Below the pieces are notes generated by a model, which was not told the origin of the DNA, did no database searches, and worked only from the letters and a program-made list of their open reading frames with translations. 64,000 bases of DNA from Candidatus Marinacidobacterales bacterium (GTDB lineage: Bacteria; Acidobacteriota; Vicinamibacteria; Marinacidobacterales; DATDRI01): the NCBI GenBank assembly GCA_965219415.1, contig CBDCNP010000002.1, positions 3,904,001 through 3,968,000 on the forward strand, written 5' to 3'. This document shows, one piece after another, positions 1 through 9,862 of the stretch (position 1 is its first letter; every line of letters starts with the position of its first letter). Position numbers and translations under genes: made by a program.

Positions 1-942
1 GCCTCCCTCCGGTCCCTGCATTTCGCGAAGCACGTATTCCAGCGTCTCTGTTGCCACGCGTCGGTACTCCGCTTTGCCGGTCACCTGGTAGGCCTCGAGG
101 TAAGCCGGAACCAGAAGGGCGTTGTCGTAGAGCATTTTTTCGAAGTGGGGGACCAACCACCGCGCGTCGGTGGAGTAGCGGTGAAAGCCTCCCCCGAGTT
201 GATCGTACATCCCGCCCGCCGCCATCTTTTGAAGCGTGAGCTCCGCCATTTGGAGTGCGTCCTCGTCGCCGTGGGTGTGATGGAAGCGAAGCAGCAACGA
301 AATCGCGCCCGATGGGGGAAACTTGGGGGCTGGCGTGAATCCGCCGTCGCGGGGATCGAAACGGCCGGCGAGCTCGCGAACCGCGTCGCGCAAGAGGTTC
401 GGGGAGAGCAGCTCCGCGCTGGCGCTGGTTTGCCCCAACGTTTGGAGGTGCGCGGTGAGCTGTTCGGCGGTCGTTTCAACCTGGCCCCGATGCTCGCCAT
501 AGATCCGAGCAACCTCGTTGAGCACGCTCGAAAAGCCAGGCCGGCCAAACCGATCGTCGGGCGGAAAGTAAGTGCCGCCGTAGAAGGGTTTGAGATCGGG
601 AGTCAAGAAAACCGTCAGTGGCCATCCACCGGAGCCAGTCATGATCTGTACCGCGCTCATGTAAATGTCGTCGATATCCGGGCGTTCTTCTCGGTCCACT
701 TTGATGGATACGAAATGCTCGTTCATTAGAGCGGCAACTTCTTCGCTCTCGAAGGACTCTCTTTCCATGACGTGACACCAGTGGCAGGCGGAGTAGCCGA
801 TGGAGAGGAGGATGGGCTTGTCTTCTTTCTTGGATTTCTCCAAGGCCTCCGCACCCCACGGATACCACGCGACGGGATTGTGGGCGTGCTGAAGGAGATA
901 GGGGCTGGTCTCGTCGGCGAGCCGATTGGTGTGCTCGTTCAT
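1..942 (-). CDS. yyaL: Thioredoxin-domain protein, YyaL/DUF255 family (runs off window start)
   Basis: Manual translation from ATG at 942: [30 protein letters not shown]...[19 protein letters not shown]. Not in the ORF track because it has no stop inside the window. Confidence 0.9.
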   Translation of the reverse strand, partial: MNEHTNRLADETSPYLLQHAHNPVAWYPWGAEALEKSKKEDKPILLSIGYSACHWCHVMERESFESEEVAALMNEHFVSIKVDREERPDIDDIYMSAVQIMTGSGGWPLTVFLTPDLKPFYGGTYFPPDDRFGRPGFSSVLNEVARIYGEHRGQVETTAEQLTAHLQTLGQTSASAELLSPNLLRDAVRELAGRFDPRDGGFTPAPKFPPSGAISLLLRFHHTHGDEDALQMAELTLQKMAAGGMYDQLGGGFHRYSTDARWLVPHFEKMLYDNALLVPAYLEAYQVTGKAEYRRVATETLEYVLREMQGPEGG

Positions 943-986
943 CGACGCATTCTAGCCAAGATCCGGAAGGCGCCGCGACCCGGGGC

Positions 987-1378
987 TCAGTCTCGCGGCC
1001 CTCGCAGGCGCGCGTCGAACCAGTCGACCAGGGTTGTTGGTAGAGAGGGGTCTTGAATGAAGAGCTCGGCACCGTGCCGCGAGCCCTTGTAGACAAGGAG
1101 CTCGCTGGCGGCATTCTTAGAACGGTCGAATGTTCTCTTCATCGAGTCGGGCGTGCCGTATCCATCTTGCTCGCTGTAGAGGCAGAAGATAGCGCGTGCC
1201 GCAATATCGGAATAGGTCTCGTCCGCTTCCGTAGTGAGCGAACCGGAAAGAAGAACGATCGCCTTGACCTCCCCGTGACGCTGGGCCAGCAGAACGGCTT
1301 GCGAGCTTCCGCAACTGGCTCCCAAGACACCCGATCATTCTTGGTCGACACGCGGCTGGGAAAGAAGGAATCGGTAGG
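987..1378 (-). pseudogene. Alpha/beta hydrolase, 5'-truncated by IS5
   Basis: GASCG nucleophile elbow and a C-terminal His (GSRHG). Upstream frame FLLSQPRVDQE* has an in-frame TGA and is cut by the IS5 left IR at 1379. Confidence 0.7.
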
Positions 1379-2465
1379 TGCCTTGGTGCACAACTCGTGA
1401 TCTCGGTCCACAATTGTCCTGTACTCGCGGATACGAGGTTCCCCATGAGCATTTTCAAACGCACTCAGCGGAAGTATGTGAAGAAGGCCTATCGCGTGAG
1501 GAATTGGCGTGAATATGAGGCGGGTCTACGCAACCGCGGGAGCCTGACCGTCTGGATCTCGCTCACCGCCGGCAAGCTTGTGAACTGGGACGCGCCCCGG
1601 CCAAGGAGGAGGAAACCGGGCCGTCAACGCAAATACTCGAACCACGCCATCGAGACGGCTGTCACCCTGGGCATGGTGTTTCATCTGTCATCTAGGCAGA
1701 GCGAGGGATTGCTGCGGTCGTTGTTCGCTCTGATGAAGCTAGACAATGATGTGCCCGATCACACCACGATCTCGAGGCGCAAGCCGAAGCTGGGTAAGGT
1801 CCCCTTCTACCCAGTCAAGCAGAAGACGCCGTTGCACATCTTGTTCGACAGCAGCGGTCTCGCTGTCCACGCCGGCCAGCTGCGCAGAGCACAAAAGAGC
1901 AGGGACTATCGCAAGCTCCATCTGTGTGTCGACGAGCAGAGTGGCGAAGTCGTCGCCGGCGAGCTGACGAGCAAAAGAGCCCGCGATTCATCGCGGGTTG
2001 CATCGCTTGTCGGACAGATCGACAGTCCCATCTCATCGGCCAGAGCTGACACCGCATACGACGCCGGCGGCGTCTATGAGGCAATCGAGAATCACAGCGC
2101 TCATCGCTCGCCGAGGGTGCTGATACCGCCGCGCAAGGGCGCCCTGCTCGCATCGGGGCCGGCGAGCAGCCGACAGCGCAATCGCAACATTGCAGCACAA
2201 GCTCGGCTCGGCAAACGAAAGTGGCACACAGAATCGGGCTACAGCAAACGGAGCAAAGTCGAGACAACGTTCCATCGCTACAAGGCTATCGTGGGCTCAG
2301 CGATGCGAGCGAGAGGGTTGGCGGCACAGAGAGGTGAGGCAAGGATCGGGTGCAAGATTCTCAACACCATGACGGCGCTCGGGATGCCTGATACCGAGAT
2401 GATCGGATGATGGGAGTCGGGGCCAAGCGAGCTCTCGGCCTCTATCGGAGTTGTGCACCAAGGCA
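1379..2465 (+). mobile_element. IS5-family (IS903-like) element, copy 1, 1087 bp
   Basis: 17-bp terminal IRs TGCCTTGGTGCACAACT; near-identical copies at 51367, 56371 and 63816; no target duplication. Confidence 0.92.
1445..2410 (+). CDS. IS5-family DDE transposase (321 aa)
   Basis: YRVRNWREYEAGLRNRGSLTVW N-terminus; DSSG, ADTAYD and YSKRSKVETTFHRYK (YREK) motifs. Confidence 0.92.
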   Translation: MSIFKRTQRKYVKKAYRVRNWREYEAGLRNRGSLTVWISLTAGKLVNWDAPRPRRRKPGRQRKYSNHAIETAVTLGMVFHLSSRQSEGLLRSLFALMKLDNDVPDHTTISRRKPKLGKVPFYPVKQKTPLHILFDSSGLAVHAGQLRRAQKSRDYRKLHLCVDEQSGEVVAGELTSKRARDSSRVASLVGQIDSPISSARADTAYDAGGVYEAIENHSAHRSPRVLIPPRKGALLASGPASSRQRNRNIAAQARLGKRKWHTESGYSKRSKVETTFHRYKAIVGSAMRARGLAAQRGEARIGCKILNTMTALGMPDTEMIG

Positions 2466-3961
2466 GCCCCTTCACGAAAAAGCTCACCGTGTACGGCATC
2501 ACTTTGATCGCGCGCGGCGATGCCCCGGACGCCTTCCTGAAGAGAGTGGCCGAGACCATCAAGGAAACTTTCCCACAGGACGAGAGAATGGACCTCGCGC
2601 TCCAAGAAGAGCTCATCAAAAACCTGTACCGGTACAAAACAACCATTCCCGTTCCCAAGGGTCGGGACATGAGCTTCATCGAGCCAGACGAGACGACATG
2701 GCAACGCGTCGAAAGCAAAAACTCTATCTGCGACATCATTATGGAATTGGGGAGCGTGCCCGGTCAGGTGATGGAGGTCGTGGAGCACATTCTGCATTTC
2801 GTGAGCGACATTGGCCTTCACTACACGTTCCCGAAGGAGTGGGGAATCTCGAAGGAATCGAAGCTCTGGCAGGCGATGCAAGAAGCGGTGGAGAAAGGTT
2901 ACTACGACATCTCGTCCTACGCCGACATCGACGACGAGAAGGTTCGCGACCGGGTAACGCTCCAAGAGTTTGCCTACTGGTTCATCTCCACAGCATGGAA
3001 CCTGCAGGAGCCCTATGGACCGAAGGGCGAGGAGGAATGGACCATCAAGGATGCCTCCGACCTGCAAGCCAAGCTGCCCGACTTCTACGAAGTCTATGAG
3101 CAAACGGCGCGAAAGGTCATGGTGGCGCCGAGCCTCGCGACGCTCGAGAAATTCGGTCCCAAGACGTCGGACGTGGAAACACTAGGCTACAACATCGTCC
3201 TTGCGGGCAAAGTGAAAGACGCCACCGAGCTCATCGGATTCAACACTTCCGACAACAGGAGCGAGCAGCTGACTTCCTCGGTGGGTTTCGCGGGTTTTCC
3301 GGTGTGGTCCCCCCAGGGCAACCGAATCGCCTTTCTCGCCAAGAAGGAGGGCGGCCTGGATCTAGTCGTGATGGACACCGACACCAAGAACATTTCCGTG
3401 CTCGTTCCCGACATCCGTGACCCGGCAGACTGGGGCCCGCAGGGCAGGCGCATGCTCGTCACCAAGCCTCTCGACGGCGGTGAGCGCGGCCTTTTCATCG
3501 TCAATCTAGCCGACGGGGCAGAAAAACGCGTTGAGACCGGCAGCTCGTCGGACGCCTATGCCAGATGGTCGAGATCGGGTGACGCCATCACGTACGAGTC
3601 GAGCCGCGACGGAAACCCGGAGATCTACCGCACCGAGCTCGAGTCCGGAAAAACGACCCGCCTTACCAAGAATCCCAGCCTCGACGAATGGCCCTCACCG
3701 TCACCCAGCGGCAGGCGCATCGCCTGGGCCTCGGGAAGCGAGGAGGAAAAGGACCTTTGGATCATGCAGGCCGACGGCTCGGACAAGAAGCAGCTCACCC
3801 AGGGAATGTTGTTCGGAGACGGGTTTCCCGCGTGGTCGCCCAATGACAAGCAGATCATGTTGACGGTGCAAGAAAACGACGCATCCGTCCTGAAGCTCAT
3901 CAACGTCGAGACCGGACAAGCAACCCACATCGCCGAGGGCTCCCAACCTTCCTGGCGTTGA
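2466..3961 (+). pseudogene. TolB/PD40-repeat protein with N-terminal peptidase-like domain, 5'-truncated by IS5
   Basis: Repeated WSP motifs (PVWSPQG, PSPSPSG, PAWSPND, PSWR); N-domain EVVEHILH. The ORF-track start lies inside the IS5 IR. Confidence 0.7.
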
Positions 3962-3979
3962 GCGAGCCGATCGTGACCG

Positions 3980-5403
3980 CGTCCTGTGCCAAAATTTGAT
4001 CCACTTGCAACGTTACAAGCGAACAGTTGACGCGGCGTGGGCGGTGAGGCCCGCGACAACCATTGAGCAGAGCTACCCTTTGGACGGGTCGTCACCATGC
4101 AGATGACCACCTAGTCGAGAGCGAATATCCAAGCGTGTTCCTGAAGCTGTTTTCACGCTACGCCGAGCGGGCCCACCGAGGGGCTACCGTCCCGGCCACA
4201 ATCTACGCGGCACGGCAGTAGTAGTTGAGAATGCCCCCAAGTCGCTCTCGCGACACGATGGGGCCAGCGCTATTCGCGCTTGCCGGCAGAGGAGTGAGGA
4301 GCTCGTTGCCGAGACCTTGGTGGTTCCGTTCTGTGTGATAGTGCACTACGTATTCGGTTACCGCTGTGCGCAGGTGTCGCTCACTGAGAGGTACGAAGCG
4401 GTCGAGACACTCTCGACGTATGGAGAGAACGAATCTTTCCGCGTATGCGTTCAGATTCGGACTGTTCGCTGGAAGGCGGAGGGGCTTCACACCTGAATCT
4501 CTCAAGAGCCCACGTACCGCCTCGGTGAATAGCGGGTTCCCGGTCGTGGATGAGGTACCGCTTGCCAAGGAGGAAACCATCCCACAGGTCAGTGAGGTTT
4601 CTTGCCGCCTGCTTCATCCACTCCCCGTTTGGGTCCGAGGTCATCCCACCGATGCACACGCAGCGAGTGGCGATATCGATGACAAACAGGACATGGTAGC
4701 GGACGAGCCCGAACGGGTTCACCACCTCGACGGTGAACAGGTCTGTCGCAGCGATAGCGCCCCAATGAGCCTTGAGGAAAGTGCTCCACGACATGCTCTT
4801 GCCCCGCTCCGGAGCCGGCGCGATACCGTGCTCGGCGAGGAGCCTCTTGAATGGTGTTGCGTCCGAGTTCATGTCCGAGGTTCTTGAGTGCACCCCGCAG
4901 GCGCGTATATCCCCACGTCGGGTTCTCCTGCGCCACGCGCACAATGAGCTCACGGATGTCCTTCGCCGTCGGAGGTCGGCCTGGGCTCCGGTTCTTGCTG
5001 CCATCGTACTTGGCTGCGATGAGGCAGCGGTACCAGCGCAGGAGCGTAGCGGGTGTGGCAACCGACGCAATCTGGGCCAGCGCCTCGCGGCCTAAAGCTT
5101 GGGCCTTGACGGCGAGCCTGCGCCGCTCGTCGTCCGAGAGACTGAGACGCTTGCCCCGAAGCTCGGCTCGGAGCACACGGTTCTCCTCTTGCAGGTAGTC
5201 GATCACATCCTGCTGCTGGCGGTTGACCCAGCCAGCCAGAACGAGCAGCAGGAATTGCACGTGGTAGGTCATCATGGGTCTGAAGATAACACCCTCGGGC
5301 CAGACGATTGTAAAGCCCACGGCCCTTGGCCCGGTCGCAAACACAGACACTAAGCTGCTGATTTATGGCCTATTTCAAAAGGGCTGAGTTTTGGCACAGG
5401 ACG
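3980..5403 (-). mobile_element. Integrase-core (rve) IS-like element, family A, both ends present
   Basis: Inverted termini CGTCCTGTGCCAAAA at 3980 and 5389-5403 enclose a frameshifted rve transposase. Confidence 0.8.
4203..5275 (-). pseudogene. rve/integrase-core DDE transposase, two frameshifts
   Basis: LAGWVNRQQQDVIDYLQEENRVL; WGYTRLRGAL; ATDLFTVE; YLIHDR; [12 protein letters not shown]; [11 protein letters not shown], spread over three frames. Confidence 0.85.
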
Positions 5404-5405
5404 GG

Positions 5406-5555
5406 GTCCATTGGTACAACACGCAACGACTCTTGGAGCCGATCGGAAATGTCTCCCCCGTCGAGTACGAGATGAACTACTATCGGTCGCAGGAAGGCTC
5501 GCTAGAGATGGTGAGACTCAACTAAAACAGTCTCCGGAAAACCCGGGGCGGTTCA
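5406..5555 (+). mobile_element. IS3-family 3' end remnant (same element as 57488)
   Basis: WYNTQRLLEPIGNVSPVEYE coding tail plus IR ...TCTCCGGAAAACCCGGGGCGGTTCA. Confidence 0.85.
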
Positions 5556-5610
5556 AGAGTGCGAGCAACCAGAAGTAGTTTTCACCCAGGGCGATGTTCC
5601 GGACTGGGCC

Positions 5611-5985
5611 TTACCCGGCCGTTACGCGGGCAGTTCGCAGCAGCGCCAGCGCGTAGACAATCCCGATGGCCGGAACCACCGAAAATGCCAGCGCAAGCTC
5701 CCAGTCGCCCCGCACTCTTCCCTCAGCAATCATCTGCGCAACCCACAGGTCGGCAATCACGTTCGCCGTGAGGAGCGCCATCATGCCGAGGATCGTCGTC
5801 GTGGCGAGGCGGGGCCGCAGCACGAGCAGAAGCACTCCAGCGGCGCCAAGAGGGTGAAGAAGGATCACTAGTAGCCGTTGCCAGACGTCTCCACCGTCAG
5901 CGAATGCTCCAACCAGGGCCGTGAATCCTGCAAAGACCGCTTGAATCACAGCGAGAACCGTCACCGAAATCCGGAAGCTGGTCAT
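5611..5985 (-). CDS. Small membrane protein (about 4 TM helices)
   Basis: 124-aa ORF with four hydrophobic stretches. Confidence 0.7.
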   Translation of the reverse strand: MTSFRISVTVLAVIQAVFAGFTALVGAFADGGDVWQRLLVILLHPLGAAGVLLLVLRPRLATTTILGMMALLTANVIADLWVAQMIAEGRVRGDWELALAFSVVPAIGIVYALALLRTARVTAG

Positions 5986-6119
5986 GGAGACATGATATAT
6001 CCCTACTGGGGATCTGCCTAGCCCTCTGAGCCGGGAACTGGGCGCAACTGTTCATCAAGCTCAAGGAACGGCGGCTACCGGCAACATGAAAGCCGTGCAG
6101 AGAGACAGCAACAAGAAAG

Positions 6120-6914
6120 ATGGGCACAGAATCAGAATGGTGCGAAACACGGGTTGAGAACTGGCTCCGCAAACACTATGAGGATGTGCAGCGAGACCGA
6201 AACCACTTCCCCGACTTCAGAGTAGGGAAAGACCTAGCAGTAGAAGTAACAGCACTCAAGACACTTGGACCGGATGGCACGACATCAACGGACACACTAG
6301 AAAAGAGGGTTCATCAAATCTTAGAGGGAATGTTAGAAGGAAAAGGAATACCATTTCATACCAGCTACGGCAGATGCCACATCGTCGTCGAATACAATCT
6401 TCAAGAGGCACCGCCGAAAGAGGTTTTGGTCCCCCAGGCAAGAAGAGCGCTTGCACGGTACGCTGAACCAGGTCAGCCGATTTACGAGAAGCCGTTTATA
6501 GACCTGGAGTGTGGAGTACGACTAGGTCTAGTGCAGGTTCAGCATCAGACGCAGTCAGAACGAGGGCTAGTGCCACGAATAGGTATCGAAATGAGCTACG
6601 AAGGATGCATACCCGGGGTAGAGGTGCGGAGAGCAATCGTGGACGCAATAGAGAAGAAGACGCCAAAGGCCATCGAATGGAAAGAGACACATCCGGATAG
6701 CAAATGTTGGCTAGCACTGGTGAGCCGCATTCCAGACATGTACTTTAAAGAGAGCTTTCAAGAAGAAGTAAAGGACTGGCAAAACAGTATAACGGTGCCC
6801 AAAGTATGGCAACGAGTACTATTGTGGCCATTCGCTAACACCGAGGAACCCAAAGGAGAAATCACAAACGAAAAGGGTGAACCCCTCAGATTTTCCGGAG
6901 AGTGTTTTAGTTGA
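6120..6914 (+). CDS. Hypothetical protein, possible PD-(D/E)xK nuclease fold
   Basis: 264-aa ORF, visibly more A-rich than its neighbours, with PDF...AVEVT motif. Confidence 0.6.
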   Translation: MGTESEWCETRVENWLRKHYEDVQRDRNHFPDFRVGKDLAVEVTALKTLGPDGTTSTDTLEKRVHQILEGMLEGKGIPFHTSYGRCHIVVEYNLQEAPPKEVLVPQARRALARYAEPGQPIYEKPFIDLECGVRLGLVQVQHQTQSERGLVPRIGIEMSYEGCIPGVEVRRAIVDAIEKKTPKAIEWKETHPDSKCWLALVSRIPDMYFKESFQEEVKDWQNSITVPKVWQRVLLWPFANTEEPKGEITNEKGEPLRFSGECFS

Positions 6915-6937
6915 GTCCGGCCTCAGCGAGGCCGGAC
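6915..6937 (+). terminator. GC hairpin directly after the stop codon
   Basis: GTCCGGCCTC-AGC-GAGGCCGGAC, perfect 10-bp stem followed by CTTT. Confidence 0.5.
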
Positions 6938-6947
6938 CTTTGCAGGC

Positions 6948-7147
6948 GAGGAGGCTAAGGTATTGATCGAAAGGTGGCGGCAAGATTTCAATTGCCTCAA
7001 GACCCCACAGCTCGTTGGGTTACCGACTGCCGGCGCCGGAAACGATTTGGTTGAAACCGGCTCCGCTCCACTCCGCCGGCTTCAACCAGCCCTTGTAGGC
7101 ACCTAGTTACTGAGATACAACGTGGTACTAACCGTGGGGTCAGGTCA
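6948..7147 (+). mobile_element. IS3-family (IS407-like) 3' remnant
   Basis: Matches the reverse complement of 25648-25850; ends ...TGGTACTAACCGTGGGGTCAGGTCA. Confidence 0.85.
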
Positions 7148-7151
7148 CCTG

Positions 7152-7245
7152 CTGCGTAACCCGCTCACGTGCTAGAGTTTGAGCCTGATTTCGAGAGACG
7201 CAGTTCTTTCGGCGATGCCGGCTGGACTGACCACGCGGTGCCTGA
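7152..7245 (+). mobile_element. Left-region remnant of a diverged IS1-family element
   Basis: CGTGCTAGAGTTTGA..CAGTTCT shared with 11160-11303, 26883-26959 and 42450-42536. Confidence 0.6.
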
Positions 7246-7497
7246 AGTTTTTGAGCATCGGTCGAGTAGCCACGGTAAGCTTGCCGGTTCAGTCGGAAAG
7301 GTAGAGAACCTGAAGCTCGAAGCAGATTGACCACGGCATTCACCAGGGAGACTGGCGAGTTGAGATTCATACCGTGCAAGACGATGACACCGCGCTTCCA
7401 AGCCTCTAGCCGACTCCCACTAACCCCGCCCAAAGCAGCCTTTTGGACTTGACCCGCTTTCGTGGACACCTAATCCTTTGGGAGACAGGAGTCCACG

Positions 7498-7812
7498 ATG
7501 TCAAAGCAGGGAAACAGATACGCGGCCGAATTCCGGCGCCAAATGGTAGAGCTGGTGCGAGCTGGCCGCGGCTCCGAAGAGCTGGCGCGAGAGTTTGAGC
7601 CCTCGGGCCAGACGATCCGGAACTGGGTGAACCAGGCGGATCTCGACGAGGGTCGCAGGCAGGACGGTCTGACGAGTGAGGAGCGTGCGGAGCTCCGCCG
7701 CCTGCGACGGGAGAACCGTCAACTACGGTTGGAGCGGGAGATCCTCTCAAAAGCCGCGGCCTGGTTCGCTCGGGAGACCGAGTCGGTACCACCGAAGCCT
7801 TCCGATTCGTGA
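7498..7812 (+). CDS. IS3 transposase OrfA
   Basis: RYAAEFRRQMVELV HTH plus leucine zipper ELRRLRRENRQLRLEREILSKAAAWF. Confidence 0.9.
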   Translation: MSKQGNRYAAEFRRQMVELVRAGRGSEELAREFEPSGQTIRNWVNQADLDEGRRQDGLTSEERAELRRLRRENRQLRLEREILSKAAAWFARETESVPPKPSDS

Positions 7813-8660
7813 GGGCGAACCAGGATTCACTACCGGTTGCCACGATGTGCCGACTGCTGGACGTCTCCGCCAGCGGCTACTATGCGTGGCTTGAGCGTGC
7901 CCCGTCGGCCCGCGCGGTGTCGGATGCGGAGTTGCTTGAGAAGATCCGGGCGATTCACACCGCGTCGCGGAGCACGTACGGCGCGCCGAGGATCCTCCAC
8001 GAGCTACGAGAGACACACGAGCTCCACGTCTCACGCAAGCGTGTAGCGCGGCTAATGCGCGAGGCTGGCATTCAAGGTGTTCACCGGCGCAAGAGGGCGC
8101 ACACTACGATTCGCTGTGACGACGCCCGTCCCGCCCCCGATCTCGTCGACAGGAATTTCGAGGTGGACCGGCCCGACCGCCTGTGGGTCGCCGATATCAC
8201 CTACGTGCCCACGTGGTCGGGCTTCTTGTTCCTCGCCGTCGTGCTGGACGCCTTCAGCCGACGCATCGTCGGATGGGCAATGGCTACCCACCTGCGGACG
8301 TCGCTCGTCTTGAGCGCCCTCGACATGGCGCTGTTCCAACGCAAGCCCGGCGACGTCATCCATCACTCGGACCAGGGCACGCAGTACACGTCACTAGCGT
8401 TCGGCCAGCGATGCCGGGAGGCCGGGGTGCGACCGTCGATGGGTTCGGTCGGGGACTGTTACGACAATGCGATGTGCGAGAGCTTCTTCGCGACGCTCGA
8501 GTGCGAGCTGATCGAGCGCCGGTCGTTTCGCTACCACGCTGAGGCGCGCATGGCGACCTTCGATTTCATCGAAGGCTGGTACAACCCGCGACGACGACAC
8601 TCCGCCATCGACTATTGCTCGCCTATCCAATTCGAAAGGAGGTACTATCGCGACGCTTGA
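7809..8660 (+). CDS. IS3 transposase OrfB
   Basis: WVADITY, HHSDQGTQY, DNAMCESFFATL motifs. Confidence 0.92.
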   Translation: MRANQDSLPVATMCRLLDVSASGYYAWLERAPSARAVSDAELLEKIRAIHTASRSTYGAPRILHELRETHELHVSRKRVARLMREAGIQGVHRRKRAHTTIRCDDARPAPDLVDRNFEVDRPDRLWVADITYVPTWSGFLFLAVVLDAFSRRIVGWAMATHLRTSLVLSALDMALFQRKPGDVIHHSDQGTQYTSLAFGQRCREAGVRPSMGSVGDCYDNAMCESFFATLECELIERRSFRYHAEARMATFDFIEGWYNPRRRHSAIDYCSPIQFERRYYRDA

Positions 8661-8784
8661 TCCCTAACTCTTAACCTGTCCACGAAAGCGGGGTCACTTC
8701 ACTTGGTCCCTGGATAAGTAGATTCTGCAGGAGTTTATGAAGAGTTTGCGGTTGCTTGTAGCCTGGATTCGTAGGCTGGAATTC

Positions 8785-9450
8785 ATGAGCGTGGTGACTT
8801 TCGTCCGGAACGCCATCTCAGATTATAAGAGTACGGCGTCTCTAGTGCCGAGTTCCCGGTACCTCGCTCGGGTGATGGTGAGGCCGCTGTGTGGCAAGGC
8901 GCCTCGGGTCGTGGTCGAGTTCGGTCCCGGAACGGGCGTGATGACCCGCGAATTGCTGCGGCTGATGCCGGACGACGGCACTCTGCTCGCGTTCGAGGTC
9001 AGCACGCGGTTCGTGACATACCTGCGCGAGACCGTTCCGGACCCGCGCTTGCAAATCGTGCAAGCGAGCGCGACGACCGCAGCTATGGAACTGAGTCGTC
9101 GCGGCATCGAACAGGTTGACGGGATCGTGTCGTCTCTGGGCATCAGCTTCATGGACATGGAGTCGGTGGACGCGCTCTTTCGCCCTCTCCTGCCGCACTT
9201 GGGCAAGAAAGGCACGATCACCCAGTTCCAATATGTCACATCCACATGGGGCTCCATGGCTGGTGTATTCAGTATTTCGATGCGGGCAGTTATGAAGCGC
9301 TACTTCTGTTGCGTCCAATCGACCAGCGTGTGGCTGAACCTACCGCCCGCTTTCGTGATCACCGGTCACGGGGAGCGGACCGCCGCTGAGGCCGTCGTGT
9401 CTGAAAACGCGAACGGAGCCGGAAGCGGCTACCAGCAGATGTCGGACTAA
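8785..9450 (+). CDS. Class I SAM methyltransferase, phospholipid N-methyltransferase (PmtA)-like
   Basis: PSSRYLAR, VVEFGPGTG, QFQY and WLNLPPA motifs. Confidence 0.8.
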   Translation: MSVVTFVRNAISDYKSTASLVPSSRYLARVMVRPLCGKAPRVVVEFGPGTGVMTRELLRLMPDDGTLLAFEVSTRFVTYLRETVPDPRLQIVQASATTAAMELSRRGIEQVDGIVSSLGISFMDMESVDALFRPLLPHLGKKGTITQFQYVTSTWGSMAGVFSISMRAVMKRYFCCVQSTSVWLNLPPAFVITGHGERTAAEAVVSENANGAGSGYQQMSD

Positions 9451-9451
9451 A

Positions 9452-9576
9452 CCCTGAATCTCCAGACGCGCGAAGAGCGACTTTCCCGAGAGCTAGCTCG
9501 GGACGAGCCTTGAGGGCAGCGATGAGCGCGCGAACAAACGACGAAATCATGCAGGCATGATGCCGGCAGACTGGAG
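9452..9576 (-). mobile_element. 5' remnant of another rve transposase family (family D)
   Basis: MISSFVRALIAALKARPELAL..; about 50 bp nearly identical to 44333-44381. Confidence 0.55.
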
Positions 9577-9774
9577 GGTGCTTGCGCTGTTTACTGTTGG
9601 TGATGTGTACGTATCCCGTTGCAAAAGAGTCGCTTACGCTCTATTTAGCGCGCAGCGAAGGTCATGAGCGCTATTTTGGCTGTAACTTAATGTACCGTAG
9701 CGCTATTTTGGCTGTAACTTAATGTACCGTAATGTCTTAGCGTCATCTCACCAACACTTAATGGCGGAAGCACC
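9577..9774. mobile_element. MITE with IS1-family ends (166 bp plus internal 32-bp tandem duplication)
   Basis: Ends GGTGCTTGCGCTGTTTACTGTTGG and CCAACACTTAATGGCGGAAGCACC; duplication at 9667-9730; second copy at 13042. Confidence 0.85.
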
Positions 9775-9775
9775 C

Positions 9776-9862
9776 ACGGTGAGCTTCGGTGAGCCGTACA
9801 AAGGCGCGTGCTACAAGCTCATTGCCGCCATCATCGAGCGTCGCGGAGCGGACGCGGCATGA
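9776..9862 (+). pseudogene. C-terminal remnant of a dual-OB-domain-like protein
   Basis: TVSFGEPYKGACYKLIAAIIERRGADAA*; stop overlaps the DUF488 start (ATGA); cut by the MITE end. Confidence 0.65.

Larger units (their letters stand above)
7444..8701 (+). mobile_element. IS3-family element, apparently complete
   Basis: TG...CA ends with IR core CCCGCTTTCGTGGACA; orfA/orfB organisation. Confidence 0.92.

Noticed and set aside
145-1114. Several ORF-track ORFs at the window start
   Set aside because: Shadows of yyaL on the minus strand.
7440-8704. CTT as target duplication of the IS3 element
   Set aside because: Off by one T on the left flank; cannot be confirmed without reads.
9667-9730. 32-bp direct repeat as a CRISPR array
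   Set aside because: No spacer; a simple tandem duplication inside a MITE, absent from the second copy.
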